64,000 bases of DNA, taken from positions 44,013 through 108,012 of the forward strand of contig NVXE01000001.1 in NCBI GenBank assembly GCA_002746975.1, in the 5' to 3' direction. Below the pieces are notes generated by a model. That model was not told where the DNA came from, made no database searches, and saw only the letters and a program-made list of their open reading frames with translations. Source of the stretch: Bacteroidota bacterium (GTDB lineage: Bacteria > Bacteroidota > Bacteroidia > Flavobacteriales_D > Sanyastnellaceae). Within the stretch, counting starts at the first letter, position 1. Each line of letters starts with the position of its first letter. Positions 1-10,449 of this stretch are shown here, piece by piece. The translations under genes were made by a program, and so were the position numbers.

Positions 1-230
1 CCTATAATAGCCAAGAGTGAATCTACAGGAGCTCCATCACCCTCTTGGATACCTATATATAATAAGGTTCCCTCGTGAAAGGATTCAAATTCCATCGTAG
101 CCTTGTCTGTTTCAATCTCGGCCAAAATATCACCTTCCTCTATCTTATCCCCAACTTTTTTCAACCACTTAGCAACCGTACCCTCTTCCATGGTATCACT
201 AAGTCTTGGCATGTTTATTATTTCCGCCAT
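1..230 (-). CDS. Dihydrolipoamide acetyltransferase (pyruvate dehydrogenase E2), N-terminal lipoyl domain; partial, runs off the window
   Basis: Reverse-complement translation from the ATG at 228-230 gives [60 protein letters not shown]. It contains the ETDKA lipoyl-lysine motif. It lies directly downstream of E1-alpha. Confidence 0.85.
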   Translation of the reverse strand, partial: MAEIINMPRLSDTMEEGTVAKWLKKVGDKIEEGDILAEIETDKATMEFESFHEGTLLYIGIQEGDGAPVDSLLAII

Positions 231-234
231 CTAC

Positions 235-1233
235 TTATAATTTATGTTGTAAAAACGGATAGTCTTCTTGCTCGTACACCATATCATACATCTGGTTTAA
301 TGGTGGGTAATCTGACTCTTCAGCAAACTTCTCACATTCCAAAACCTTAGCCTTTATCCGTTTGTTAATTTCTTTTATTTCGTCTTCAGTAGCATACTTG
401 TTTTCATTGATAACATCCAAAACCTGTGTTATTGGATCTATCTTCTTGTATTCCTCTACTTCTTCCTTTGTTCTATAATGTTGTGCATCCGACATGGAAT
501 GACCTCTATACCTATAGGTCTTCATTTCCAAGAACGTTGGACCACCGCCACTTCTTGCTCTGTCAATAGCTTTGCTCATTTCCTTCGCAACAGTTACCGG
601 ATCCATTCCATCCACTGGTCCACAAGGCATCTCATATCCTAAGCCCAATTTCCATATTTCTGTAGAGTAAGATGTTCTTGCCACAGAAGTTCCCATAGCA
701 TACCCATTGTTCTCACAAACAAATACAACAGGTAATTGCCATAACATGGCTAAATTAAAAGTTTCATGCAAAGAGCCTTGCCTTACAGCACCATCACCCA
801 TGTAACATATGGTAACTCCATCTCTTTTAAAAAATTTATCACCAAAAGCAAGACCAGCCCCTAAAGGAATCTGACCTCCAACAATACCGTGTCCTCCATA
901 AAAACCTTTTTCTTTCGAAAAAATATGCATGGAACCTCCCATACCCTTGGATGTTCCAGTGACTTTACCATACAATTCTGCCATAACCCTTTTTGGATCC
1001 ACACCCATACCAATTGGCTGCACATGATTCCTATATGCAGTAATCATTTTATCCTTAGACAAGTCCATAGCATGTAAAGCTCCTGCCAATACAGCTTCTT
1101 GACCATTGTACAAATGAAGAAATCCTCTAACTTTCTGTTGTATATAGACTGCAGCAAGTTTATCTTCAAACTTTCTCCAGAACAACATATCCTCATACCA
1201 TTTTAGATAAACTTCTTTGGTAATTTTTTCCAT
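235..1233 (-). CDS. pdhA: Pyruvate dehydrogenase (acetyl-transferring) E1 component, alpha subunit
   Basis: ORF 235..1278. TPP-enzyme motifs are present (YRGHSMSD, GDGA...NNGYAMGTS). I set the start at the internal MEKITKEVYLKWYEDML, because the 15-aa N-terminal extension looks spurious. Confidence 0.93.
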   Translation of the reverse strand: MEKITKEVYLKWYEDMLFWRKFEDKLAAVYIQQKVRGFLHLYNGQEAVLAGALHAMDLSKDKMITAYRNHVQPIGMGVDPKRVMAELYGKVTGTSKGMGGSMHIFSKEKGFYGGHGIVGGQIPLGAGLAFGDKFFKRDGVTICYMGDGAVRQGSLHETFNLAMLWQLPVVFVCENNGYAMGTSVARTSYSTEIWKLGLGYEMPCGPVDGMDPVTVAKEMSKAIDRARSGGGPTFLEMKTYRYRGHSMSDAQHYRTKEEVEEYKKIDPITQVLDVINENKYATEDEIKEINKRIKAKVLECEKFAEESDYPPLNQMYDMVYEQEDYPFLQHKL

Positions 1234-1398
1234 TAATCTCAGTTTTTTGTGGCGCCTATTAGTTGAAACGAAAAACAAAAATACACATTAAATCATTAGA
1301 GAAAAAAATTTGGATGAAAAGCTTCTTTGTAACATTACCCCATTTAGCAATAACCAAAAAGTGTACGTTTTTTTACGAAAAATGAAGAAAGAACACTA

Positions 1399-1881
1399 TT
1401 ATAAAAAGGAATTATCAAAGGCAAAGGGAAGTATATCTGTAATGGAATTGCATTTAATTATTTTCCCTTTCTCTCCCATCATCAAAATTTCGATAGGTGC
1501 TTTTTGTTTTTGTTCATATTCAACCATGGATTGCCTACAATTTCCGCAAGGTGCTGCAGGTTTAGCAACTTCATATTTTTCCGAGGTAGCTGTAATGGCA
1601 ACCTTATTTATTACAATTCCCGGGAATTTGGCTCCAGCCTGAAAAACTGCAACACGTTCTGCACACAACCCCGATGGGTAGGATGCATTTTCCTGATTAT
1701 TTCCAATAACTACTTCATTGTTATCTAGCAACACTGCTGCACCAACTTTAAAGTTTGAATATGGGGCATAAGCGTTTTTTCTAGCTTCAATAGCTGAATT
1801 CATTAATTTTTGATCTTCCATAGAAAGCTCTTCAAAAGATTCAAAAACCAAAAACTCAAAAGTTGATTTAATTTTTTTCAT
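1399..1881 (-). CDS. cdd: Cytidine deaminase
   Basis: Zinc-binding motifs CAERVA and PCGNCRQ are present. Start set at MKKIKSTFEF rather than the longer ORF start. Confidence 0.9.
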   Translation of the reverse strand: MKKIKSTFEFLVFESFEELSMEDQKLMNSAIEARKNAYAPYSNFKVGAAVLLDNNEVVIGNNQENASYPSGLCAERVAVFQAGAKFPGIVINKVAITATSEKYEVAKPAAPCGNCRQSMVEYEQKQKAPIEILMMGEKGKIIKCNSITDILPFAFDNSFL

Positions 1882-1961
1882 ATCACATATCGGGTTTGCC
1901 CAAAAATAATAAAACCTGCACAAGGGCAGGTTTTATTTGCAAAATATATTTGTTTCAGACA

Positions 1962-3107
1962 TTAATCATTGAGATATTCTTCACCCAAATTAAAGGTAAG
2001 GGAAAAACGTAAGGTATTCTCTAATGGATTCCTAACCTGAGATGTAGAGAACAAATAAGATAAATCTACTTGCGCTGTTTTAAATTTAAATCCAGCTCCT
2101 AGTGTGAAAAATTTTCTTGAACCCTTTTCTTCACTTTCATTAAAATATCCGGTTCTTATCATAAAAGCATCTTGATATGAATATTCTGCTCCCAATGCCC
2201 AAGTAAATTCTTTTAATTCTTCGCTTGATCCATCTGGTGCATCACCAAAAGATTCAAAAACGCCATTTAAAAAGCCAATGTTTTGGTACTCCACATTATC
2301 TTCTGAATCTATATCGCCATCACCATCAAAATCTCTAGGTGTCGGCACTAAAAGTTTATTGATCTCAGTGGTAATGCCTAAAACATTATCTTCATCCAGA
2401 ATAAAATCAAAACCACCTCCTAATTTTAAATTGGTAGGTAAAAAATTCTGTTGCCCACCTGCATCATATTGAATTTTACCTCCTAGGTTGGAAAGATTAA
2501 AACCTGCTCTCCAACGACCATCAAAATTATTATAAGCTATTTCACTTGACCTATAAAAACCAGCTATATCTACCGCAAAGGCATTTGCTCCCTGAGAATC
2601 ACTTGTGCTTTCTTGGAATTTAAGGTTTGAACTAATAAATCTACCTGCCACTGCCATGGAAAAATGATCGCTTAATTTCAAGGAATAAGATCCATCCAAT
2701 GCAAACTCATTTGGTTTAACAATAGTGAAATCGTCTTGTTGTGCAGTTTGTCGCAGTTCTATTTCACCTAGACCAAAATATCTAAGGCTAATTGCAAATG
2801 CACTTCTATCATTAATTTTATTAAAATAATTGGCGTTCAATAAAGAAATATCTGTAACAATACTCTCCAGATATGGTGTATAGCTTATACCTATACCCAT
2901 TTTATTCTCAGCAAAAGCAAATTTTGCTGGATTCCATTGTTGAGAATAAGCATCCATTGATGTGGCGACTCCCATATCTCCCATACCAGCTGCTCTAGCA
3001 TCTGCGGCTATGGTTAAAAAAGGAACTGAGGTTGTAATTACTCGATTTTCTTGGGCTGTTGCCTTACCAATTATAGTAAGGAAAATCAATATCAATGTTT
3101 TTTTCAT
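1962..3107 (-). CDS. porV: Type IX secretion system outer-membrane protein PorV (LptO)
   Basis: Signal peptide followed by the conserved TSVPFLTIAADARAAGMGDMGVATS N-terminus and a beta-barrel-like alternating pattern. Neighbourhood with gldJ fits. Confidence 0.88.
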   Translation of the reverse strand: MKKTLILIFLTIIGKATAQENRVITTSVPFLTIAADARAAGMGDMGVATSMDAYSQQWNPAKFAFAENKMGIGISYTPYLESIVTDISLLNANYFNKINDRSAFAISLRYFGLGEIELRQTAQQDDFTIVKPNEFALDGSYSLKLSDHFSMAVAGRFISSNLKFQESTSDSQGANAFAVDIAGFYRSSEIAYNNFDGRWRAGFNLSNLGGKIQYDAGGQQNFLPTNLKLGGGFDFILDEDNVLGITTEINKLLVPTPRDFDGDGDIDSEDNVEYQNIGFLNGVFESFGDAPDGSSEELKEFTWALGAEYSYQDAFMIRTGYFNESEEKGSRKFFTLGAGFKFKTAQVDLSYLFSTSQVRNPLENTLRFSLTFNLGEEYLND

Positions 3108-3504
3108 TAAGCATAAAGTTTTGTTGTGTAAAATTCTAAATAATTACCTATAATTTAGATATACTAAATGTAAACGATGTTTTTAACATTATCTTATGTC
3201 TAGTATCATTTTTTTTAATAAATTCGATAAAATACTGCATTTTGGAGATTAGATTACAACACTCCAATTATCATACCTACCGCTTTCTTTAAATTTATAC
3301 ATACCTACTCATACTATAGCACTTCTAATAGCGTTATGACAATATATTTTAATGCCACTTTTAAATTTATGCAATAGCTGTTATTTGAAAATATTTTTTA
3401 GACCATAAAATAATATTTGCAAATAGTCGTTTTATAAGCCGAAAGTGATACAAAAATCAAAAAATAACCGTCAGGTAATAAAATATTGAACTCAAGTCCT
3501 AATT

Positions 3505-5172
3505 ATGAAAAACCAATTTATCAAAGTTATTCTTTCTTGTGCAGTAGTTACTGCGAGTTTTACAAGTTGTAAAAACTCCTCTTCATCATCTTCTAAAAAT
3601 GTTTCAAGAGCAACAGGTTGGAAAATCAATGCCAAAGAAGGCGGCTTTCAGTTCAATTCAGATTTTAAAGAACAGGAAACAGCTCCTGGTCTTGTCTTTG
3701 TTGAGGGAGGTACATTTACGAAGGGTAAAGTACAGGATGACGTAATGCACGAATGGAACAATGTGGCAACATCACAACATGTTCAATCCTTTTATATGGA
3801 TGAAACCGAGGTGACCAATAAGATGTACTTGGAATATTTGGATTATTTAAAAGCGGTATATCCTCCAGACAATCCAAAATACACCAATATATATAAAGGT
3901 GCACTTCCAGATACTTTAGTGTGGAGAAACAGATTGGGCTTCAATGAAACAATGACAAACAATTATTTAAGACACCCGGCATATGCAGAATACCCCGTTG
4001 TTGGAGTAAGTTGGATACAAGCTACTCAGTTTTCAGAATGGAGAACTGACCTTGTAAACCAAGCCATGTTGGAAAGAGAAGGTTATTTATCTACAGATGC
4101 TAGATACACCGCTATGAACGGTGACACTGATCAATCCTTTAGCACAGAAACTTATTTGAATAGACCAGATGCCGTTTTCGGAGGGTTGATTGACTCCCTA
4201 CAAGGAAAGAATAAAAAAGATTCAGTCTCCGTTTATGCTAAAAGAAGTAGTGGTATCATATTACCTGAATATAGGCTTCCTACAGAAACCGAATGGGAAT
4301 ATGCTGCACAAGCACAAGTAGGTTCAAGAGAATACAATAATTATAGAGGAAGAAAAAAATATCCTTGGGAAGGCGACTACACTCGTAATGGGCAACGTGT
4401 TGGTCGAGGTGATCAACTAGCAAACTTTAAACAAGGTAAAGGAGATTATGGTGGAATTGCAGGATGGTCAGATGATGGAGCAGATATTACAGCTGAGGTT
4501 AGATCATACAAACCAAATGATTTAGGGTTATATGATATGGCAGGAAATGTTGCCGAATGGGTAGCGGATGTATACAGACCTATAGTAGATGATGAAGTAA
4601 GTGATTTTAATTACTACAGAGGTAATATATATATGAAAACGGCCATTGGAGAAGATGGCAAAGTTGAAATATTAACAGATGAAATTGTATATGACACCTT
4701 ACCTAATGGCAAAATAGTTGCCGTTAATTTACCTGGGGAAATTAAAATGATTCCGGTTGGAGAAGAAGAAACATACCTTAGAACCAATTTTTCAACAAGT
4801 GATAATAGAGGGTATAGAGATGGTGAGCCTGGTTCCTCTAGGTTCTATGATAGGTTTAGCGACGAAGATGACCCTGCTAGTCAAAGAAAAATGTACAATT
4901 CACCAGATCATAAGGTTGAAAAGGATTCGCTAGGAAACTTAATTCGCGAATATGACAAATCTAATAACAGAACTACATTGATTAATAATGAAGTTAGAGT
5001 ATTTAAAGGTGGATCATGGAAAGATAGAGCCTTTTGGTTAGATCCTGCACAACGAAGATATTTACCGCAATATATGGCTACTGATTATATAGGATTTAGA
5101 TGTGCCATGTCTAGAGTTGGCTCTAAAGCCAAAACAAAAAACAAAACACCGAGAGGTAAAAAAGTTAAATAA
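3505..5172 (+). CDS. gldJ: Gliding motility lipoprotein GldJ (FGE/SUMF1-like fold)
   Basis: Lipoprotein signal (ASFTSCKN), 555 aa, sulfatase-modifying-factor-like segments (VSWIQATQFSEWR, GNVAEWV, FKGGSWKD, GFRCAM). The gldJ-murF synteny is typical of flavobacteria. Confidence 0.88.
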   Translation: MKNQFIKVILSCAVVTASFTSCKNSSSSSSKNVSRATGWKINAKEGGFQFNSDFKEQETAPGLVFVEGGTFTKGKVQDDVMHEWNNVATSQHVQSFYMDETEVTNKMYLEYLDYLKAVYPPDNPKYTNIYKGALPDTLVWRNRLGFNETMTNNYLRHPAYAEYPVVGVSWIQATQFSEWRTDLVNQAMLEREGYLSTDARYTAMNGDTDQSFSTETYLNRPDAVFGGLIDSLQGKNKKDSVSVYAKRSSGIILPEYRLPTETEWEYAAQAQVGSREYNNYRGRKKYPWEGDYTRNGQRVGRGDQLANFKQGKGDYGGIAGWSDDGADITAEVRSYKPNDLGLYDMAGNVAEWVADVYRPIVDDEVSDFNYYRGNIYMKTAIGEDGKVEILTDEIVYDTLPNGKIVAVNLPGEIKMIPVGEEETYLRTNFSTSDNRGYRDGEPGSSRFYDRFSDEDDPASQRKMYNSPDHKVEKDSLGNLIREYDKSNNRTTLINNEVRVFKGGSWKDRAFWLDPAQRRYLPQYMATDYIGFRCAMSRVGSKAKTKNKTPRGKKVK

Positions 5173-5192
5173 GATTTTCTACATTCAGAATG

Positions 5193-5220
5193 AAAAGCCC
5201 TTTTTAAAAGGGCTTTTTTT
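5193..5220 (+). terminator. Rho-independent terminator after gldJ
   Basis: Perfect 11-bp stem AAAAGCCCTTT / AAAGGGCTTTT with a 3-nt loop, followed by a T-run. Confidence 0.7.
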
Positions 5221-5233
5221 ATATCTTAGATTT

Positions 5234-6508
5234 ATGACAGTAGAAAAACTTCATTCCCTTTTTTTAGAATACCCAACTGTTTGCACTGATACCAGAAAAA
5301 TAACAACTGGCTCTATCTTCTTTGCATTGACAGGTGCCAATTTTAATGGGAATAAATTTGCTCAAAAAGCAATTCAAAATGGCGCAGCCTATGCAATTAT
5401 AGACCAAAAAGAATTTAAAATATCTGACAAAACCATTTTGGTTAATGATGTCTTGGAAACACTACAAGAACTATCCACATATCATAGACAATATTGCAAC
5501 CCAAAAATAATTGCCTTAACCGGCAGCAATGGAAAGACCACAACCAAAGAATTGATCAATGCAGTGCTTTCAAAAAAATATAAAACAGTAGCAACAATAG
5601 GTAATTTAAACAATCATATTGGCGTACCCTTGACCTTACTAAGCATTAAACAAGATACTGAAATCGCTATTGTAGAAATGGGCGCAAACCATCTTGAAGA
5701 AATAGCTTTTTTATGCACCTTGTCCCAACCAGATTTTGGGTATATCACCAACTTCGGAAAAGCCCATCTAGAAGGTTTTGGTAGTACTGAAGGGGTTATC
5801 AAAGGAAAAAGTGAGCTATATGATTATCTTATTGCCAATAAGAAACACATATTTTTAAATGCAGATGATTCGGTACAAAAACAAAAATTGGGTACCTACA
5901 TTCAAAAAATAGGGTATAGCACAACCGACAATACCTTTTACCCTATTACATTTTTGGATGCCAACCCATTTGTATCCATACAGTTTGAAAACACCACAAT
6001 CACATCTCAATTACTTGGCAGTTATAATTTTACGAATTGTTGCGCTGCCATATTGATGGGCAAATACTTCAATGTCCCTTTAAAAGACATCAAGAATGCT
6101 CTTGAAGCGTATAGTCCGACGAACAATCGTTCGCAAATCATCACCAAAAATGAGCATTATATTATTTTGGATGCATATAATGCCAACCCATCTAGCGTGG
6201 AAGCAGCTTTAAAAAACTTTCATAAAATAATTCGTGAAAATAAAGTGTTGTTTTTGGGTGATATGTTTGAACTTGGAGATTATGCCAACCTTGAACATCA
6301 AAATATTATAGATCTGATTTCTACCATGGCTTTTGAGAACGTTTATTTGATAGGTGAACATTTTTATAAAACCTCCTCTTCCTATCTCAAATTTAAATCA
6401 TTTGAAGATTTAGAAACATACTTACAACAAAACGACTTCAAAAAAAGCACCATTCTCATAAAAGGTTCAAGAGGGATGGCTTTAGAAAGAATCTTGGACT
6501 TACTTTAG
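5234..6508 (+). CDS. murF: UDP-N-acetylmuramoyl-tripeptide--D-alanyl-D-alanine ligase
   Basis: Mur ligase P-loop GSNGKTTTKE and overall MurF layout. Start moved to the ATG at 5234 (MTVEKLHSLF). The upstream part of ORF 5102.. overlaps the gldJ end and its terminator. Confidence 0.93.
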   Translation: MTVEKLHSLFLEYPTVCTDTRKITTGSIFFALTGANFNGNKFAQKAIQNGAAYAIIDQKEFKISDKTILVNDVLETLQELSTYHRQYCNPKIIALTGSNGKTTTKELINAVLSKKYKTVATIGNLNNHIGVPLTLLSIKQDTEIAIVEMGANHLEEIAFLCTLSQPDFGYITNFGKAHLEGFGSTEGVIKGKSELYDYLIANKKHIFLNADDSVQKQKLGTYIQKIGYSTTDNTFYPITFLDANPFVSIQFENTTITSQLLGSYNFTNCCAAILMGKYFNVPLKDIKNALEAYSPTNNRSQIITKNEHYIILDAYNANPSSVEAALKNFHKIIRENKVLFLGDMFELGDYANLEHQNIIDLISTMAFENVYLIGEHFYKTSSSYLKFKSFEDLETYLQQNDFKKSTILIKGSRGMALERILDLL

Positions 6509-6526
6509 TTTTCTAGATAAAACAAG

Positions 6527-6601
6527 TGGGATATACTGGATTCGAACCGGTGACCTCTGCCCTGTCAAGGCAGCGCTCTAAACCAACTGAGCTAATATCC
6601 C
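6527..6601 (-). tRNA. tRNA-Val (anticodon GAC)
   Basis: The reverse complement folds as a cloverleaf: acceptor GGGATAT/ATATCCC, D-arm GCTCAGTTGGTTTAGAGC, anticodon stem CTGCC/GGCAG with loop TTGACAG, and T-arm with GGTTCGAATCC. CCA is not encoded. Confidence 0.95.
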
Positions 6602-7437
6602 AATACTTTTAAGGCGTACAGGAAAACTTCCTATATGCCAAAAAAAGTCAACTTTTTTCATGAACAAGATAAGCTTAAATAGGAAAAAACCAATACATTT
6701 TTTATAATTCTAAATACGCATGTATTGCTTCTTACAACAGGCTTAACCAACTATACCAATAACCCTAATAAAATTTAAATACTTGTATGTTTTTTATGTT
6801 GAATTTGAACTAGTTAATTTAATTTTTACCCATAATACCAAAACCTAATTATTTGGTAAGTAAGTCCACATCTTAGTCCCCGTATTCAAAATTATTTGAT
6901 GAGTCAGCTAAACATTAGTACTATTTTGTCTTTTACAATCATAATAGTACTATAAAATAATCTATGAGTCCAATTCTCTCAATAAACAGAATAATTTCGT
7001 CCCAAAATAGAATGGTTATTCCGCAAGTTGCAATAACGATATACTGATTGATAGTACATATCAGACACAATACAACATAGGGTACCAGTCTTTTTTAGTA
7101 AAATAAAAAGTTAGAATTGACCCCAAAAACTATTTCAGAAATTGAGAAATTCCCAACACAAAAAAAATAATATTTTTAATAAATAATCTAAAATAAAAAA
7201 AAGAGAATCTATATTTTATTTATTTTCAATCAGTTATTAATGTTTACACAGGACTAAAAGCATTTTCAATAGCAGGTGACTCCCTATTAATATGTAATAA
7301 TCCTTTGCCCTATTGACAAAATAAGATCAGCTTTCCTTACGCGATATACTTACTTTTGAAGTTCGCGTATTTTTTTGTAATATGCTTTTTGTAATATGCT
7401 TTTTGTAATATGCATCGCTAACAAACACCGTAAAAAA

Positions 7438-8589
7438 ATGCAAGTTGTTCCTTTGAACTTCAATTTAAGAAGAGCATACAGAAGTACTTTTTTATTGCTT
7501 ATCGTCGTTTTATTACAATCATGCAAATCCTTATATAACGAGGAGTACGCCAATCCTAATTTGGTTGACAAGGACGTATCGCTCCCAGTAAAAAAGTTAC
7601 ACAAACAATTATTTTATATTTCTAAAAAAGGATTTGCAATTGGTCATCAAGATGCCACTTCTTATGGAATTGGTTGGAATCATGCCGATAACCCAAACAT
7701 AATTCGAAGTGATGTCAAAGAAATTATTGGTGATTTCCCTGCCGTTTATGGCTACGACATCGGACACATAGAATTGGCTCACAATGCCAACCTGGACAGT
7801 GTTCCTTTTGGCACCATGAGAAAGCTAATCATTGAAGCCTATAAAAATGGAAGTATCATCACTTTAAGTTGGCATTTAGACAACCCTGTTACCAAGGGGG
7901 ATTCCTGGGATCCAACATCAGCTGTTTCGTCCATATTAATTGGTGGCACAGAGAGAAAAAAATATGAGTTATGGGTCTCTAGAGTTGCAACGTTCATTAA
8001 ATCATTAAAATATAAAGGCAAAAAAATTCCCGTTATTTTTAGACCTTTCCATGAAATGAATGGATCTTGGTTTTGGTGGGGGGAATCTAATTGCACAGCT
8101 AAGGACTATATTACATTATGGCAAGAAACGGTACATTTACTAAGAGATGAACATAACTTACATAATATTCTTTATGCATATTCTCCAAATAAGTTAAATC
8201 CAAAAGATGACTATTTAAAATACTATCCTGGAGATGCCTATGTAGACATATTAGGTATAGATATTTATGATTTCAATGATGCTGAAAATTACGCTAAATC
8301 CATTATTAATGACCTTAAATTAGTAAAACGAATAGCGGCCAAAAAAAACAAACTATATGCTTTTACTGAAACCGGCATAGAACAATTACCTACTCCAAAT
8401 TGGTTTACAGAAGTGCTCTATCCAAGCATAGAAAATTCAGGGATAGCTTGGATATTATTCTGGCGAAATGCCAGATTAGAACATCATTATATGCCATATA
8501 AAGGACATGAAAGTGAAGAAGATTTTAAGACATTTAAGACATTACCTAAAACTATGTTCTTAAAGGATATAAACAACCTAAAAAACTAA
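7438..8589 (+). CDS. Glycoside hydrolase family 26 endo-beta-mannanase, lipoprotein
   Basis: Signal with lipobox (LLQSCKS). GH26 signature FRPFHEMNGSWFWWG. Start set at the ATG at 7438. Confidence 0.88.
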   Translation: MQVVPLNFNLRRAYRSTFLLLIVVLLQSCKSLYNEEYANPNLVDKDVSLPVKKLHKQLFYISKKGFAIGHQDATSYGIGWNHADNPNIIRSDVKEIIGDFPAVYGYDIGHIELAHNANLDSVPFGTMRKLIIEAYKNGSIITLSWHLDNPVTKGDSWDPTSAVSSILIGGTERKKYELWVSRVATFIKSLKYKGKKIPVIFRPFHEMNGSWFWWGESNCTAKDYITLWQETVHLLRDEHNLHNILYAYSPNKLNPKDDYLKYYPGDAYVDILGIDIYDFNDAENYAKSIINDLKLVKRIAAKKNKLYAFTETGIEQLPTPNWFTEVLYPSIENSGIAWILFWRNARLEHHYMPYKGHESEEDFKTFKTLPKTMFLKDINNLKN

Positions 8590-8595
8590 ATCATT

Positions 8596-10419
8596 ATGTT
8601 AACACCAATTGATATTGCCATTATCATAGCCTATCTACTTTCTACTATTCTTATTGGATTGGTTATGCGAAAAAAAGCCCAACGCAGTAAAGATGATTAT
8701 TTATTAGGTGGAAAATCTATTCCTTGGTACATGCTTGGTCTTTCCAATGCATCTGGAATGTTTGATATTTCTGGAACTATATGGTTGGTCACCTTAATGT
8801 TTGTCTATGGCATTAAAAGCGCATGGATACCGTGGCTATGGCCGGTATTCAATCAGATTTTCTTAATGGTTTATTTATCTAAATGGCTGAGGCGCTCTAA
8901 CGCAACAACTGGTGCAGAATGGATAGGCACACGTTTTGGTTTTGGCAAGGGAGCCAAAATGTCTCACATTATTGTTGTTGTATTTGCACTAATTGTTTGT
9001 CTTGGGTATTTGGCATATGGATTTATAGGGTTAGGAAAATTTATTGAAATATTTATCCCTTGGGAAACTATCCAAGCCTACATCCCTTTTAATGTTTCAC
9101 CAGAATATGTTCCACATTTCTACGGAACTGTATTTACATGTTTTGCAGTTTTCTATTCCTTACTTGGAGGAATGTCGGGTATTGTTTGGGCAGATGTTGT
9201 CCAATTTGCTATTATGACCGTTGCAGCCTTGGTTATTGGATATTTGGGATGGCAGGCAGTAGGAACTGGAGGGTTGCAGGTTCCAATTGATTGGATGAGT
9301 CCTTTTAAAGGTGGCTTAAATATGGATTGGAGCAGTATAATTCCAGAAGTAACAGAAAAAATTAAAAGTGACGGATACGGCGTGTTTACATATTTTGTGT
9401 TAATGATGTTGTTTAAAGGGATTCTTGTAAGTGTTGCAGGACCTGCTCCAACATATGATATGCAGAAAATTTTATCCACAAAATCCCCCGCTGAGGCAGC
9501 TAAAATGAGCGGGTTTGTTTCCGTTATTCTAATGCCTATCCGTTATTTAATGATTGCTGGTTTTGCAGCGTTGGCATTGGTTTATTATGACAAGTTGGAT
9601 TTATTAACATCAGCTAATGAAATTGATTTTGAATTAATATTACCCACGGCAATAAAAGAATTTGTCCCTGTGGGCCTTTTGGGGCTTTTATTAGCGGGAT
9701 TAATAGCAGCTTTCATGTCGACCTTTGCAGGCACCTTAAATGCCGCACAAGCATATTTGGTAAATGATATTTACTTAAAATATACAAAGCCAAATGCGTC
9801 TGCAAACCAAATCAAAAACATGAACTATATTTCTGGAATCAGTGTAGTACTGGTGAGTATTGTTCTAGGAGTTTTTGCAGAAGATGTAAATTCAGTATTG
9901 AACATTATAGTATCAGTTCTTTATGGAAGCTATGTAGGTGCTAACATCTTAAAATGGCACTGGTGGAGGTTTAATGGTGAAGGCTTCTTTTGGGGAATGG
10001 TCGCAGGATTATTAACGGCATGGATTGTCCCTTCATACATCTTTCCTGAGGTAAATGAACTGTACTTATTTCCAGTATTATTGATTATGTCCTTAGTGGG
10101 AAGTATCATAGGAACATATTCTGCTCCACCCACCGAAGAAGCTGTATTAAAAGATTTTTACAAAAACGTAAGACCTTGGGGGTTTTGGAAACCAGTACAC
10201 GACAAATTAGTTGCTGAAGACCCTAACTTTGAAAAGAATGCAAGTTTTGGCATGGACATGTTCAATGTGGGTATAGGTATAGTTGCACAATCTACCTTAG
10301 TTATACTACCAATGTATGTCATTTTTAGACAAAGCACCCCTATTTATATAACATTAGCGGTATTGGCGGTATGTGTATTCCTATTAAAAAAGTTCTGGTG
10401 GAACAAATTAAATGATTAA
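8596..10419 (+). CDS. Sodium:solute symporter family (SSF) transporter, probable mannobiose/manno-oligosaccharide importer
   Basis: 607 aa, polytopic (about 13-14 hydrophobic helices) with an SSF-like layout. Sits between GH26 and GH130. Confidence 0.8.
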   Translation: MLTPIDIAIIIAYLLSTILIGLVMRKKAQRSKDDYLLGGKSIPWYMLGLSNASGMFDISGTIWLVTLMFVYGIKSAWIPWLWPVFNQIFLMVYLSKWLRRSNATTGAEWIGTRFGFGKGAKMSHIIVVVFALIVCLGYLAYGFIGLGKFIEIFIPWETIQAYIPFNVSPEYVPHFYGTVFTCFAVFYSLLGGMSGIVWADVVQFAIMTVAALVIGYLGWQAVGTGGLQVPIDWMSPFKGGLNMDWSSIIPEVTEKIKSDGYGVFTYFVLMMLFKGILVSVAGPAPTYDMQKILSTKSPAEAAKMSGFVSVILMPIRYLMIAGFAALALVYYDKLDLLTSANEIDFELILPTAIKEFVPVGLLGLLLAGLIAAFMSTFAGTLNAAQAYLVNDIYLKYTKPNASANQIKNMNYISGISVVLVSIVLGVFAEDVNSVLNIIVSVLYGSYVGANILKWHWWRFNGEGFFWGMVAGLLTAWIVPSYIFPEVNELYLFPVLLIMSLVGSIIGTYSAPPTEEAVLKDFYKNVRPWGFWKPVHDKLVAEDPNFEKNASFGMDMFNVGIGIVAQSTLVILPMYVIFRQSTPIYITLAVLAVCVFLLKKFWWNKLND

Positions 10420-10449
10420 CTGACATCAACAACAAGCTACAAATCGAAA

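Noticed and set aside
5102-5233. An N-terminal extension of the murF ORF (44 extra codons).
   Set aside because: The extension overlaps the end of gldJ and runs straight through its rho-independent terminator. The ATG at 5234 gives a normal MurF N-terminus.
7381-7413. A tandem 14-bp repeat (TATGCTTTTTGTAA x2.5) ending 24 nt before the GH26 start.
   Set aside because: It is real in the sequence but too short and AT-rich to assign a function. It looks like replication-slippage duplication. It is mentioned under the spacer finding only.
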